From Alphaproteobacteria bacterium (GTDB taxonomy: Bacteria; Pseudomonadota; Alphaproteobacteria; UBA7887): 64,000 nt of DNA. The position numbers and the translations under genes are program-made. The notes below the pieces were generated by a model, which worked only from the letters and a program-made list of their open reading frames with translations, had not been told where the DNA came from and searched no databases. The stretch is from NCBI GenBank assembly GCA_965214495.1, contig OZ243958.1, positions 1,301,989 through 1,365,988 on the forward strand. Direction: 5' to 3'. The stretch's first letter is position 1. Every line of letters begins with the position of its first letter. Below are positions 28,110 through 38,790 of the stretch, piece after piece.

Positions 28110-30524
28110 CTAATACAGACCGGTGTCGAACAGAACCGTCTCTTCCGACGGGACCGCACCGCCCGCAGCCACGGCCGGCGAGGCGGTGACGGTCGGCTCG
28201 GTCCCCGGCTTGAAGGCCTCCGTGATCACCAACCGGCTCTCCGACGACGGCAGCAGACCGTTGTCGGCGTCGACCCGCACCATGATCACGTCCGCCGGGA
28301 TGCGAAACGGCATCGCGGGTCGGTCGCCCATCGCTTCTTCCATGAATGCCCTGAACACCGGAAGCGCGACCGAGGCGCCGGTCTGCCGGGGCCCCAGGGT
28401 CCTGGGCTGGTCGAACCCCACGAAGACCCCGACCACCAGGTCCGGAGCGAAGCCGACGAACCAGGTGTCGAACGAGTTGTTCGAGGTGCCTGTCTTTCCG
28501 GCCAGGGGACGAGCAAGGCTCGCGACGCGCACGCCGGTACCGCGATCAACGACTCCCTTCAGCAACCAGGCGATCTGAAACGCCGACGCCGGATCGGTGA
28601 CCCGCGGACGTTCGTCGGTCAGCGCCGGCGGAGCGTCGGCCGCCGTCGCGATCTCGTCGGCGCAATCGTCGCACTTCCGCGAATCACGGCGATGAACCGT
28701 TCGTCCGTGGCGGTCCTGAATGCGTTCGATGAAAACCGGTTCGATCCACCGCCCGCCGTTGACGATCATCCCGTAAGCGGCGCACAGGCGCAGCAAGGTC
28801 GTCTCTCCCGCGCCCAGCGCGATCGACAGAACTTCGGGAAAGTCGCCGATGCCGAACCGGCGGGCGATCTCGGACACCTTGTTCATGCCGAGCTTGTTGG
28901 CCAAGCGCACGGTCATCAGATTCCGCGATTTCTCGATCCCGCGGCGCAGGGTGGTCGGTCCGTAGAACTCTTCGGAATAGTTCGCAGGTTTCCAGCGCGG
29001 CAGGTCCGGGCCCTGATCGATGACGATCGGCGCGTCGAGAACGATGTCGGCCGGCGTGTAACCGTTTTCGAACGCCGCCAGATAGGCGAACGGCTTGAAC
29101 GCCGACCCCGGTTGTCTGTTCGCCTGGGTCGCGCGGTTGAACTGGCTCTCGTCGAAATTCCAGCCCCCGCGCATGGCGAGCACTCTTCCGGTATGGGGAT
29201 CGAGCGCGACCATCGCCCCTTCGACATCGGGGATCTGGCGCAATAGGAACGCCTCCGTCGCTTCTTCGGCGTCATCGCCGTCCGGCATCGCCTCGACGGC
29301 AACTACGTCACCCACGGCCAGCACGTCGCCGGCGCGCCTCGGTTCCGCACCCACCCGCTGATTCTCGACCCAGGGGCGCGCCCATGTCATCGTGGTGAAG
29401 GCAATTCTGCCGGACGAGCCGTCAGCGAAGCCGATTTCCGCCGCGTCTTCGACCAGACCGCGCACCACCGCAAGGCGCCACGGCGCGAGTCCCGCCGGCG
29501 GCGGCACGGCAGAGAGCGCGGCGGACCATTCTTCATCCACAGCGATCGTCGCCACCGGTCCCCGCCAGCCGTGCCGGCGGTCGTATGCGACGAGACCATC
29601 GCGCAAGGCCCGGTCGGCGATCTCCTGCAGGCGCGGGACCAGAGTGGCGCGCACCGACAACCCGCCACGATACAACGCAACCTCACCGTAGCGTGTAACC
29701 AGATTGCGGCGCACTTCCTCGGCGAAATAGGGCGCCCGCACCTGACGCAGGGGATCGCGCGGGCGCACGGCGATGATTTCGGCCCGCGCGCCCGCCGCCG
29801 TCGCGGCGTCGATATGGCCGTCGGCGAGCATCCGCCCGATCACGTAGTCTCGCCGCCGCCGTGCGGCCTCGGGGTTCGTGACGGGGTTGTAGTCGGAAGG
29901 CGCTTTCGGAAGCCCGGCGAGGAAGGCCATCTCCGAAACGGTCAATTCGTCGAGCGACTTGTCGAAATAGTTCAGCGCCGCCGCGGCTACCCCGTAGGCG
30001 CGCCGGCCGAGAAAAATCTCGTTGAGATAAAGCTCGACGATGCGGTCCTTGGACACCGTGCGCTCGATCCGTAGCGCCAGGAGAAGTTCGCGCAGCTTGC
30101 GCTCGATCGACAGATCGTTCGACAGGAAGAAGTTCTTGGCGACCTGCTGGGTGATCGACGACCCGCCGACAAGACGGCGTCCGCTGCCCGCATTGCGCAA
30201 ATTTTGCAGCATCGCCCGCGCGATGCCGACCGGATCGAAGCCGAAATGCGCGTAGAAGCGTTGATCCTCCGCCGCGACGAATGCCTTGACCAACAGACCG
30301 GGCATGGCGGAGACAGGCACGAAGATCCGCCGCTCGGTCGCGAATTCGGCGAGCAGGCGACCGTCGCCGGCGTGCAACCGCGTGAGCGTGGGCGGGTAGT
30401 AATCCGCCAGCATCGCCGATCGCGGCAATCCGGTGCCATAGTGGCGCGCGCCGATCACGGCGACGACCAGCCCGGCAACGAGCGCAAGAAAACAGGTGGA
30501 AACGAAACCGGTGAAAAGACGCAT
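28110..30524 (-). CDS. mrcA: Penicillin-binding protein 1A (bifunctional transglycosylase/transpeptidase)
   Basis: An 804-aa protein with an N-terminal transmembrane segment, GT51 motifs (EDQRFYAHFG, …GGSSITQQ…, …RKLRE…) and a transpeptidase domain. Confidence 0.88.
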   Translation of the reverse strand: MRLFTGFVSTCFLALVAGLVVAVIGARHYGTGLPRSAMLADYYPPTLTRLHAGDGRLLAEFATERRIFVPVSAMPGLLVKAFVAAEDQRFYAHFGFDPVGIARAMLQNLRNAGSGRRLVGGSSITQQVAKNFFLSNDLSIERKLRELLLALRIERTVSKDRIVELYLNEIFLGRRAYGVAAAALNYFDKSLDELTVSEMAFLAGLPKAPSDYNPVTNPEAARRRRDYVIGRMLADGHIDAATAAGARAEIIAVRPRDPLRQVRAPYFAEEVRRNLVTRYGEVALYRGGLSVRATLVPRLQEIADRALRDGLVAYDRRHGWRGPVATIAVDEEWSAALSAVPPPAGLAPWRLAVVRGLVEDAAEIGFADGSSGRIAFTTMTWARPWVENQRVGAEPRRAGDVLAVGDVVAVEAMPDGDDAEEATEAFLLRQIPDVEGAMVALDPHTGRVLAMRGGWNFDESQFNRATQANRQPGSAFKPFAYLAAFENGYTPADIVLDAPIVIDQGPDLPRWKPANYSEEFYGPTTLRRGIEKSRNLMTVRLANKLGMNKVSEIARRFGIGDFPEVLSIALGAGETTLLRLCAAYGMIVNGGRWIEPVFIERIQDRHGRTVHRRDSRKCDDCADEIATAADAPPALTDERPRVTDPASAFQIAWLLKGVVDRGTGVRVASLARPLAGKTGTSNNSFDTWFVGFAPDLVVGVFVGFDQPRTLGPRQTGASVALPVFRAFMEEAMGDRPAMPFRIPADVIMVRVDADNGLLPSSESRLVITEAFKPGTEPTVTASPAVAAGGAVPSEETVLFDTGLY

Positions 30525-30614
30525 CAGTGCTCGTGCATCGTTCGGGCTCCGGTCCCCCGCTACCGCCGCGATATTATCAGTTTATCCACCGGTTGCCGCG
30601 CGTTCACGCCGTTC

Positions 30615-31847
30615 TCAATTCGCCGCCGGCAGAACCGCGAAGTGGCGATCGACCGCGTCGATGACCGCATCGAGCACCGGTTCCCGCCCACGCCGCGTCT
30701 GCAATTTCCGCTCGTCCTCGCGATTCGACAGAAAGCCGAGTTCGACCAGCAGCGAGGGAACGTCAGGCGCCTTCAGAACCGCGAAACCGGCCTGCCGGTG
30801 AGGCCGGCTGATCGACGGCACCCCCCGGTGGACGAACGCTTCCACGACCATGTCGGCGAGCCTGGCAGAGAGATTGTTGGTCTCGCGCTGGCTGAGGTCG
30901 AGAAGGATGCTGTTTACCTCTTCCGAATAGCTGGCGAGGTCAAGGCCGGCGATGACGTCGGACTTGTTTTCCTTCTCCGCCAGGGCCGCGGCCTCGGCAT
31001 CCGAAGCCTTCTGCGACAGCGTGTAAACATGGCTGCCCCGGACCCGCGAATCGTCGATCGAATCGGCATGGATCGACAGAAAGAGATCGGCGCCGGCGGC
31101 GCGGGCGATCGCCACCCGGTCGCGCAGGCCGACAAACACGTCGCGCTCGCGAGTCATCACGACACGATAGCGCCGGGTTGCCGCAAGGCGCTCGGCAAGA
31201 TGCTGCGCCGCCGCCAGCGCGATGTCCTTTTCGAACACGCCGCTGCGGCCGACCGCGCCGGGATCGATCCCGCCGTGCCCGGCGTCGACAACGATGACGG
31301 GTCGGTCGTCCGTGCGCGGGGTCACCGCACGCGCCGGCGGCGGTGGCGGCACGTTTCGTTGGCTGTCGCGCGCGAACTGGGCGAACGCCGCCAGATCGGA
31401 TCGCGCGAGATCCATGACGAAACGGGTAGCCCTGCCGTCGCGCGGCGACATGAGAAAAGCTTGCTTGACCGACACGGGATCGTGCAGATCGAGCACAATC
31501 CGCGATGTGCCCGGCCGGAACAGTCCATGCCGAATTGCGGAGATGACGCCGATGCCGCCGGGGCCAAGGGCTTCCACCGCCGACGGGAACGCGAGCTCGG
31601 GAAAGTCGATGACCAGGCGGTTCGGCTTCACCAGTGCGAAAACATAATATGCGACCGGTTCACCGATCTCGAGCACGAGTCGGGTGTATCCGGGGTGATA
31701 TCCCACCCGCAGGTCCAGGACGGCGACCGGGCTTTCGCGGCTTGCGGCGGTACCGGCCGCAAGCGCCCCGCCGACGGCCAGCGCCACGAAGAAGATCATC
31801 CGCAAGAGCAGAACGCGGCCGACGCTTCTTTTTGCGATTCCGCTCAC
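30615..31847 (-). CDS. amiC: N-acetylmuramoyl-L-alanine amidase (AMIN plus Amidase_3)
   Basis: It has a signal peptide, an AMIN domain, and the catalytic domain …VIVVDAGHGGIDPGAVG…FLSIHADS…. Confidence 0.85.
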   Translation of the reverse strand: MSGIAKRSVGRVLLLRMIFFVALAVGGALAAGTAASRESPVAVLDLRVGYHPGYTRLVLEIGEPVAYYVFALVKPNRLVIDFPELAFPSAVEALGPGGIGVISAIRHGLFRPGTSRIVLDLHDPVSVKQAFLMSPRDGRATRFVMDLARSDLAAFAQFARDSQRNVPPPPPARAVTPRTDDRPVIVVDAGHGGIDPGAVGRSGVFEKDIALAAAQHLAERLAATRRYRVVMTRERDVFVGLRDRVAIARAAGADLFLSIHADSIDDSRVRGSHVYTLSQKASDAEAAALAEKENKSDVIAGLDLASYSEEVNSILLDLSQRETNNLSARLADMVVEAFVHRGVPSISRPHRQAGFAVLKAPDVPSLLVELGFLSNREDERKLQTRRGREPVLDAVIDAVDRHFAVLPAAN

Positions 31848-32303
31848 GCTTCTCTAGTGCCACCCTCTCATGCCACCTACAATATATTGTGATGCGATCG
31901 ATCGAATCGACAGGTTTGCGCGGCAAGCGGCCCTGGCATGTCTTCGTCGGGTTCCGTTCCGGTTGCTCCGGACGCGGGGACGCGCTATGATCGCTTCCTC
32001 ATCGCCGTTCGACCGGCGCCCGGGATGGCGCGCCGTCACGGCGCGCAACGCTTTCCGGGTCATCGCCCGCGCGCAGAACTTTTCGCGACGCGCAGCCGGA
32101 AGGCTCCCCGCACCGGCGCCGACGGCCCGCCGGCGTTCGGGTGAAGGAGATACCGTCTTCGTGCCCAGCGGCCCTGCAACGCCGGCCTGCCGGCCATCCT
32201 CACCAGTTTACGGCTCCGCGGCACTCAACGCAATCGGCGCGCGTTTCACGCGCCCGGCCCCGATTCGCGCCGGAGCGCGACGCGCCATGGAGAAACCGAA
32301 CCG
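31848..32303 (+). promoter_or_regulatory. amiC-rne divergent intergenic region. A long (~400 nt) rne 5' leader is likely here.
   Basis: There is a 456-bp non-coding gap upstream of rne. RNase E genes typically carry long structured autoregulatory leaders. No structure was computed. Confidence 0.35.
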
Positions 32304-34631
32304 ATGGCCAAACACATGCTTATCGACGCCGCCCACGCGGAAGAAACGCGGGTCGTCGTCGTCGACGGCAACAAGCTGGAAGAATTCGATTTCGAATCCG
32401 CCAACAAGGCCCTTCTGAAGGGCAACATCTACCTCGCCAAGGTCACCCGGGTCGAGCCCTCGCTCCAGGCGGCATTCGTCGAATATGGAGGCGGCCGCCA
32501 CGGCTTCCTCGCCTTCAACGAGATCCATCCCGACTACTACCAGATTCCCGTATCGGACCGCCAGGCGCTTCTCGAACAGCAAGCCGCCGAAGACGTGGAG
32601 GCCAATGGCGGCGGGGCGACCGGGGCCGCACCGGCAGAGAACGGCGAAGGCGACGCCAAGGCTGCGGCCGTCGAAACCGTGAGCGGCCAGGAAGAAGAGG
32701 AAATCACCCGCCGCCCCCGGTCACTGCCGCGCTATCGCATTCAGGAGGTAATCAAACGGCGGCAGATCCTGCTGGTGCAGGTCACCAAGGAAGAGCGCGG
32801 CACCAAGGGTGCCGCGCTGACGACCTATATCTCGCTGGCCGGACGCTATTGCGTGCTGATGCCCAATACGACGCGTGGTGGCGGCATCAGTCGCAAGATT
32901 CAGTCGAGCGAAACCCGCAAACGGCTGCGTTCGGTGATCGATTCTCTTAAGCTCCCCGGCGGCATGGCGGTGATCCTGCGCACCGCCGGGCAGAGCCGAA
33001 CGAAGGCGGAGATCAAACGCGACTACGACTATCTGCTTCGTCTTTGGGAGACGATCCGGGAATCGACGCTGGCGGCGACCGCACCGGCGCTCATTCACGA
33101 AGAAGCCAATCTGATCAAGCGCTCGATCCGCGATCTTTACAGTTCGGAGATCGAGAAAGTGTTCGTCGAAGGCGACACCGGTTATCGCACGGCGAAATCG
33201 TTCATGCGCACGCTGGTGCCGAGCCATGCCAGACGGGTACAGCCCTATCGCGACTCGCTACCTCTGTTCACGCGCTACCGGGTGGAAAGCCAGCTCGATT
33301 CGATGCATGGCGCGACCGTGCAACTGCCTTCCGGCGGCTATGTCGTCATCGACCCGACCGAGGCGCTGGTCGCGATCGACGTCAACTCCGGGCGCGCAAC
33401 CCGCGAGCGCAATATCGAAGAGACGGCGACGAAGACCAACCTCGAGGCGGCGAGCGAGATCGCCCGTCAGCTCCGGCTTCGCGACCTGGCCGGCCTCGTC
33501 GTCGTCGATTTCATCGACATGGCGGAACCGCGAAACGCGCGCGCGGTGGAACGACGGCTGAAAGACGCCGTGCAATCGGATCGGGCGCGCATCCAGATGG
33601 GCCCGATCAGCAGTTTCGGGCTGCTCGAACTGTCGCGGCAACGGCTGCGACCCAGCCTCCAGGAAACCAACTCGGTCGATTGTCCGCACTGTGCCGGGAG
33701 CGGGCGCGTTCGCTCGATCGAATCGGCCGCTCTGCACGCCCTACGCGTGATCGAAGAGGAAGGCCTGCGCGGTCGCGCCAGTCTGATCAAGGCCGCGGTC
33801 CCGACCGCGGTAGCGCTCTATCTGATGAACCGGAAACGCGCCACGCTCGGCGAGATCGAGGCGCGCTACCGCCTCAGGGTCACGATCGAAACCGAAGACT
33901 CCGAGGCGCCGCCGGATTGCCGCATCGACATTCTCGAAGCGCGGGCGCCGGAAGCGCCGGCGGCGGAAGAAACCGGCCAACCGGCGGTGGAAACGCCAAA
34001 GCGCCGCGGGCGGCGGCGCGCACGCAACGGCCAACCGGAGAAAGCCTCCGAAAGCGCGGTCGAGGAAACCTCGGGCGAAACCAGCACGGCCTCCGAAAAC
34101 GCCGACGAGACCGGCGACGGCGACCGCCCCCGGCGACGGCGGCGGGGGCGCCGCGGCGGCCGACGGCAAACACTCACACGAACCGCCGAAGCGGCAGTCG
34201 AAGCGGAACAGGGGGCGACCGGAACTCCGGCCGCACCGGAGACCGCCGCAACCACGGCCGAGCCGGTAGCATCGGCGCCGGACGGCGAAGCCTCGATCGT
34301 TCGTCCGAAACGCCGGCGGCGCACACGCAAGGCAGCGTCCGGCGCCGAACCCCGAAGCCCCGCGCCCGATGCGCCCTCGGACACCCCGACGGTGCGGGAA
34401 ACCGCAGCAGAAACCGGAAATGGCGAAGCCTCTTCGCAGCCGCCGACAACAACCGCGAATCGCCAGGGGCGCACAGGGGAAAACGACACGCGAACCGATG
34501 CGGACACCCCGACGGAAGCAACGCCGGACCGGATCAACGGCGATGCCGCGCCCGACCTGGCGCCAGACCCGGAAGGCGGAAGCAGCGCACCGCGCCGTGG
34601 TTGGTGGCAGCGCGAGACGCCCGCCTCCTGA
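32304..34631 (+). CDS. rne: Ribonuclease E
   Basis: It has an N-terminal S1 plus catalytic domain (…NIYLAKVTRVEPSLQAAFVEYGGGRHGFL…) and an Arg/Pro-rich C-terminal scaffold. It is 775 aa. Confidence 0.9.
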   Translation: MAKHMLIDAAHAEETRVVVVDGNKLEEFDFESANKALLKGNIYLAKVTRVEPSLQAAFVEYGGGRHGFLAFNEIHPDYYQIPVSDRQALLEQQAAEDVEANGGGATGAAPAENGEGDAKAAAVETVSGQEEEEITRRPRSLPRYRIQEVIKRRQILLVQVTKEERGTKGAALTTYISLAGRYCVLMPNTTRGGGISRKIQSSETRKRLRSVIDSLKLPGGMAVILRTAGQSRTKAEIKRDYDYLLRLWETIRESTLAATAPALIHEEANLIKRSIRDLYSSEIEKVFVEGDTGYRTAKSFMRTLVPSHARRVQPYRDSLPLFTRYRVESQLDSMHGATVQLPSGGYVVIDPTEALVAIDVNSGRATRERNIEETATKTNLEAASEIARQLRLRDLAGLVVVDFIDMAEPRNARAVERRLKDAVQSDRARIQMGPISSFGLLELSRQRLRPSLQETNSVDCPHCAGSGRVRSIESAALHALRVIEEEGLRGRASLIKAAVPTAVALYLMNRKRATLGEIEARYRLRVTIETEDSEAPPDCRIDILEARAPEAPAAEETGQPAVETPKRRGRRRARNGQPEKASESAVEETSGETSTASENADETGDGDRPRRRRRGRRGGRRQTLTRTAEAAVEAEQGATGTPAAPETAATTAEPVASAPDGEASIVRPKRRRRTRKAASGAEPRSPAPDAPSDTPTVRETAAETGNGEASSQPPTTTANRQGRTGENDTRTDADTPTEATPDRINGDAAPDLAPDPEGGSSAPRRGWWQRETPAS

Positions 34632-34677
34632 CCGCGGATTTCCTGCACGGCGACCCGGTCACGCGGCTTCGGGTTCG

Positions 34678-35694
34678 CTATTCCCGCGGCGTCCGGAAAT
34701 GGACATAGCGGTCGCCGGAGCGCACGGAAAGTTCGATCGCTGCGCCGTCGCGAACGATGGTCAGTGGCACCGTCGCGCCGGCCGGCCCCAGTGCCCACAT
34801 TCGGCGATAGAGGTCGCCGAGATCGACGATCGGCTCCTTGGCTACACGGACGATCACATCGCCGGGTTCGATCCCCGCACGCGCCGCCGGACCGCCCTCG
34901 GCGATATGCGCAACCACCAGGCTGCCGTGGACCTCGGTGGTGAACATGCCGAGCCACGGACGGGGCCGCCGCCGCACCCGGCCCTCGCTCGCGATCTGAT
35001 CGAGGACCGGCGCCAGCAGACCGACGGGCACGAACATGTTGCCCTGCCGCGTCCCCCCGCCCGGCTCGGCGTCTTCCACAAGCAGGGAACCGATGCCGAG
35101 CAAACGCCCGTCGCGACCGATCATCGCCGCACCGCTCCAGTTCGGGTAAGCCGGTGCGGTAAACAGTGCGTCGTCCAGGAGATACTCCCAGTATCCGGCA
35201 AATTCGCGCCGCGATACCAACTCGGCCGGCATGGCGCGGTCGCGGCCGCCCTGCCCGGCGATCGTCACCTTGTCGCCTTCCCGAAGCGTCGCCGAGTCGC
35301 CGAGCGGCATGGGCTCCAGGCCCAGGGGGCGTTTCGCTCGCGCGAGTCCGAATCCGGTCTCGAAATCGTACCCGACGAAACCGGCTTGGACCCAGGCGCC
35401 ATCGGCATCCGCCAGCATCACGCGGCGGCATTCGAGCAACAGGTAACCGATCGTGACCGCGAGGCCTGAATCGTCGATCACCACAGCGCTGCCACCGCGC
35501 TCGGTTCCCAGCAGGGAGGCGGTGTGTGCGTCGTCGGGCACTTCGGTGCGTATCCCGGTCACGGAGCCGACCGCCGACACGACCGTTTTCGGTGCGTCGC
35601 CGACCCCGGCAGCCGATACCGGTGCGAATCCCGGCAAGACGCTGGCCATCAGGCGGCGGGGCCGATATCCGTTGACCTTGCCGTTCCGCGCCAT
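34678..35694 (-). CDS. Trypsin-like serine protease with C-terminal PDZ domain (S1C/HtrA-like), 338 aa
   Basis: It has the …TNAHV-like catalytic region (…GNSGGAL-like …NWSGAAMIGRDGRLLGIGS…) and a PDZ domain (…AARAGIEPGDVIVRVAKEPIVDLGDL…). Confidence 0.7.
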   Translation of the reverse strand: MARNGKVNGYRPRRLMASVLPGFAPVSAAGVGDAPKTVVSAVGSVTGIRTEVPDDAHTASLLGTERGGSAVVIDDSGLAVTIGYLLLECRRVMLADADGAWVQAGFVGYDFETGFGLARAKRPLGLEPMPLGDSATLREGDKVTIAGQGGRDRAMPAELVSRREFAGYWEYLLDDALFTAPAYPNWSGAAMIGRDGRLLGIGSLLVEDAEPGGGTRQGNMFVPVGLLAPVLDQIASEGRVRRRPRPWLGMFTTEVHGSLVVAHIAEGGPAARAGIEPGDVIVRVAKEPIVDLGDLYRRMWALGPAGATVPLTIVRDGAAIELSVRSGDRYVHFRTPRE

Positions 35695-35805
35695 GCTCGA
35701 AAGTCCCTTTCCGTCCGAACGCCGACTATAACCGGTTCTCCGGTCCGCAACCCCCCGATCGGTTCGGGTCTTGAATCACGTCCGCGCGCACCCATAGTCA
35801 CCGCG

Positions 35806-36924
35806 ATGTTGAACGACGATCTCGATCTACCGCCCGGCGCGCGTGTCGCCGTCGCCATGTCGGGCGGTGTGGACAGCGCTGCAACCGCCGCCCTGCTCGC
35901 CGAAGCCGGTTTCGACGTCTTCGGCCTGACGCTGCAACTATACGACCACGGCGCGGCCGGGCGCCGTGCCAACAGTTGCTGCGCCGGACAGGACATCCAC
36001 GACGCCCGGCGGGTAGCCGACCGGCTGGGAATCCCGCACTATGTGCTCGATTATGAGGATCGTTTCCGCGCGGCCGTGATCGACGATTTCGCCGACAGCT
36101 ACCGGCGCGGTCTCACCCCGGTCCCGTGCACGCGATGCAACCAGCGGGTCAAGTTTGCCGACATGCTGGATGCGGCGCGCAACCTCGGCGCTGCGGCGCT
36201 CGCTACCGGCCACTATGTGCGCCGCCGGGTCGGCGCCCCGGGCCTCGAACTTCACCGGGCGATCGATGAAAGCCGCGACCAGAGCCACTTCCTGTTCACG
36301 ACCACGCCGGAACAGCTCGCCTTCCTGCGCTTTCCGCTCGGTGGATTGACTAAGCGGGAGACCCGCGCGGCCGCGGCGCGCTTCGACCTTCCGGTGGCCG
36401 CCAAGCCCGACAGCCAGGACCTCTGCTTCGTTCCGGACGGAAACCACGCCCGGCTGATCGAACGGCTGCGGCCGGGCAGCCTCGAACCGGGGCCGATCGA
36501 GCGTGCCGACGGCACCCGCATCGGGACTCACGACGGGATCGTCAATTTCACCGTCGGGCAGCGGCGCGGCCTCGGGATCGCCGGCGCGGAGCCGCTCTAC
36601 GTGGTCCGTCTGGAGCCGCAACGGCACGCCGTTATCGTCGGCCCCCGCGCCGCGCTCGACGTCAGGCGCATGACCGTTTCCGACGTGAACTGGCTGGCGG
36701 CGGGGGCCGAGCGCGCTACCGTGCGCCTCCGTTCGAGCCACGCCGGCACGCCGGCGACGATCGAGGCGGCGATCGGCGACCGGGCAGCGATCCTGTTCGA
36801 CACGCCGGTGCGCGCTGTCGCCCCCGGACAATCGGCGGTCTTCTACGACGGCTCGCAGGTGCTGGGCGGCGGCTGGATCGAACGGCCCGGAACGAACGTT
36901 GACACCGACCGTCCGGGCCCCTAA
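35806..36924 (+). CDS. mnmA: tRNA-specific 2-thiouridylase MnmA
   Basis: It has the PP-loop motif VAVAMSGGVDSAATAALL and catalytic cysteines (…PVPCTRCNQRVKF…). It is 372 aa, starting at the ATG at 35806. Confidence 0.9.
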   Translation: MLNDDLDLPPGARVAVAMSGGVDSAATAALLAEAGFDVFGLTLQLYDHGAAGRRANSCCAGQDIHDARRVADRLGIPHYVLDYEDRFRAAVIDDFADSYRRGLTPVPCTRCNQRVKFADMLDAARNLGAAALATGHYVRRRVGAPGLELHRAIDESRDQSHFLFTTTPEQLAFLRFPLGGLTKRETRAAAARFDLPVAAKPDSQDLCFVPDGNHARLIERLRPGSLEPGPIERADGTRIGTHDGIVNFTVGQRRGLGIAGAEPLYVVRLEPQRHAVIVGPRAALDVRRMTVSDVNWLAAGAERATVRLRSSHAGTPATIEAAIGDRAAILFDTPVRAVAPGQSAVFYDGSQVLGGGWIERPGTNVDTDRPGP

Positions 36925-36939
36925 TAGCGGTCGCTCCGG

Positions 36940-37015
36940 GGCGGAGTAGCTCAGTCGGTAGAGCAGGGGAATCATAATCCCTGTGTCGGGGGTTCGAGTC
37001 CCTCCTCCGCTACCA
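36940..37015 (+). tRNA. tRNA-Met (anticodon CAT), 76 nt with encoded CCA. It is probably an elongator.
   Basis: Manual fold: acceptor GGCGGAG/CTCCGCT, D-arm GCTC-AGTCGGTA-GAGC, anticodon stem GGGGA/TCCCT with loop ATCATAA, variable loop GTGTC, T-arm GGGGG-TTCGAGT-CCCTC, discriminator A, CCA. It lacks the 1:72 mismatch and 29-31 GGG that mark an initiator. Confidence 0.85.
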
Positions 37016-37430
37016 CCGAAGCCAGGCGCCGGGCGAACGCTCCGTAACGGGTCGCTATCACGCGCTCATAGCGGTCGTGGCCGCTCGCCTCGCAACGTAC
37101 GCCGCCAGCGCTCAGACGGCGCATCTCGGCGGTCGCCTCAGCGCCGCACCGCCAGCGCTCGCCGCCAGCGTCGCAGCAGGTCTGATGCGCTTCGGGCGCG
37201 TCGATCCCTGCCAGCCGCACCCGCTCGCCAGACACTTCAAGCGTGTCGCCGTCGATGGCGCTGGGCGGGCCACCGACCAACCCGAGCGCGAACGACCTGC
37301 CGGCAAGCGCTTCGCGCCACGAGCGCGCGCCGACGATTTTTCGCCCCTCCACCGGCTTGGCGAGATCGTCCTCGGAGGAAAGACATCCCTCCTGCCCTTC
37401 GAATATGTCGTATATGTCCCCAGTGTGCAT
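37016..37430 (-). CDS. Staphylococcal-nuclease-like (thermonuclease/SNc) protein, apparently C-terminally truncated. The ORF reads into the tRNA gene.
   Basis: It carries SNase motifs …IDGDTLEV.GERVRLAGIDAPE…HDRYER…. The ORF (36972-37430) has its last 14 codons encoded by the complement of tRNA-Met. The usual ~25 C-terminal residues are absent. Confidence 0.6.
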
Positions 37431-37499
37431 TGCGCTCCCCGTGGAAGGGGCCGGACCCGTTCTCGGCCGCCCTCTCCCCGGAGACGCGCCGGGCCGTTC

Positions 37500-38789
37500 C
37501 TATGTCGGCGCCTCAGGTGCACCCCGACAGCCGCCGCGGGAGTGGGCCGATGGATCGGGAACGAAGCCGTGCGCCACACGGTCGGATTCGGGACCACGCA
37601 TCGCGCGCGCGAGGAGCAGCGCCTTCAGGGCGGAAACGGTAAGCGCCGGGCGTTCGGCGAGCAGACAAGCGGCGAGCGCGGTGATTCGCGCCGCCGCGAA
37701 GCTCGACCCCGAAACATCGCGTTCCACGCCGTCGAACCCGACCGCCCGAGCGCCTTCCACCGACACCATCACGTCCACCCGTCGTCGCCCCCAATTGGCG
37801 CTTCCATCCAGACGGCCGTCGCCGGTTGCCGCGGTCACCGTGACCTGGTTGATCAGGTCGAGGGCCGCGGGATACATCGGCTGCCGGTCGATGTCGCGGT
37901 GGCGGTTGCCCGCAGCGACAACGAACAGAATCTCCGAATGCGCGCGCGCCGCCGCTTCGTAGGCCCTCCATCGGTCCCGGTCGTCGCTCGCCAGCGACAG
38001 GTTGACCAGCCGCACGCCGGCGTGCGCCGCGTCGTCCACCAACGCCGCCATGCGGTTCATTGCAGGGCGCGGGTAGCGATACGGCACCAGTCGGGCGACA
38101 CGGGATTCCCGCGCGATCAGGCTCGCGATCCGGGTACCGTGACGCGCCGGAAACATCGCCGAACGCACCGGGTCGGCATCGAACGGGCGGCGATCGAGAT
38201 CCCAGTAGTCGTAGCCGAGAAGGCGGCCGGTATCGCCCCGCGCCAGGCGTGCCGACAATTCCGGCAACAGATAGTTGACCCCGGTGTCGATGAGGCCGAC
38301 GAGCACGCCGCCGGGATCGGACGCTGCCGGCACCGGTGGATCGACAGGCTCGCTGCGACCGGTGGGCTCGAGATTCTCGTCGAGCATCTCGATCGCGACC
38401 GGGACGCCGCGCGAATCGAGCCGCAATCGCCGCGCCTCCCGAATACGGCATCGCGCGTCGGCGACCACGACGAGTCGCGCTCGACCGTCGTCCGCCGCCC
38501 GAATCTCGGCGGTCACCTGACCGAGCGTACCCCGGGGCACGAAACGGGAAACCGCGATCGTCGCACCATCGAGGAGAAATTCGACACGCCAGCCGGTGAT
38601 GTCGATGGCGCGCGCCCGGCCTGCCAAGCCGAGATACCCCGGCAGACCGGGACCGATCGCCGCCGCCCCGGCAACATGCGGCACGGCGCAGGCGCGGGCG
38701 AGCGCGACCTTGACCGTTGACGAATAATCGGGTTCCGCGGCGGCCGACGCCGCGGCGATCAGGAAGAACGCCGGCGCCGGGAAGCGCAC
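37500..38789 (-). CDS. Secreted subtilisin-like serine peptidase (S8 family), 429 aa
   Basis: It has a signal peptide and the catalytic triad contexts VGLIDTGVN (Asp), HGTRIASLIA (His) and GSSFAAARITALAA (Ser). Confidence 0.8.
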   Translation of the reverse strand: MRFPAPAFFLIAAASAAAEPDYSSTVKVALARACAVPHVAGAAAIGPGLPGYLGLAGRARAIDITGWRVEFLLDGATIAVSRFVPRGTLGQVTAEIRAADDGRARLVVVADARCRIREARRLRLDSRGVPVAIEMLDENLEPTGRSEPVDPPVPAASDPGGVLVGLIDTGVNYLLPELSARLARGDTGRLLGYDYWDLDRRPFDADPVRSAMFPARHGTRIASLIARESRVARLVPYRYPRPAMNRMAALVDDAAHAGVRLVNLSLASDDRDRWRAYEAAARAHSEILFVVAAGNRHRDIDRQPMYPAALDLINQVTVTAATGDGRLDGSANWGRRRVDVMVSVEGARAVGFDGVERDVSGSSFAAARITALAACLLAERPALTVSALKALLLARAMRGPESDRVAHGFVPDPSAHSRGGCRGAPEAPT

Positions 38790-38790
38790 G

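Noticed and set aside
36940-37015. tRNA-Met as an initiator tRNA
   Set aside because: Position 1:72 is a G:T wobble pair rather than the unpaired C:A. The anticodon-stem GGG:CCC is shifted. The T-loop is the elongator-type TTCGAGT.
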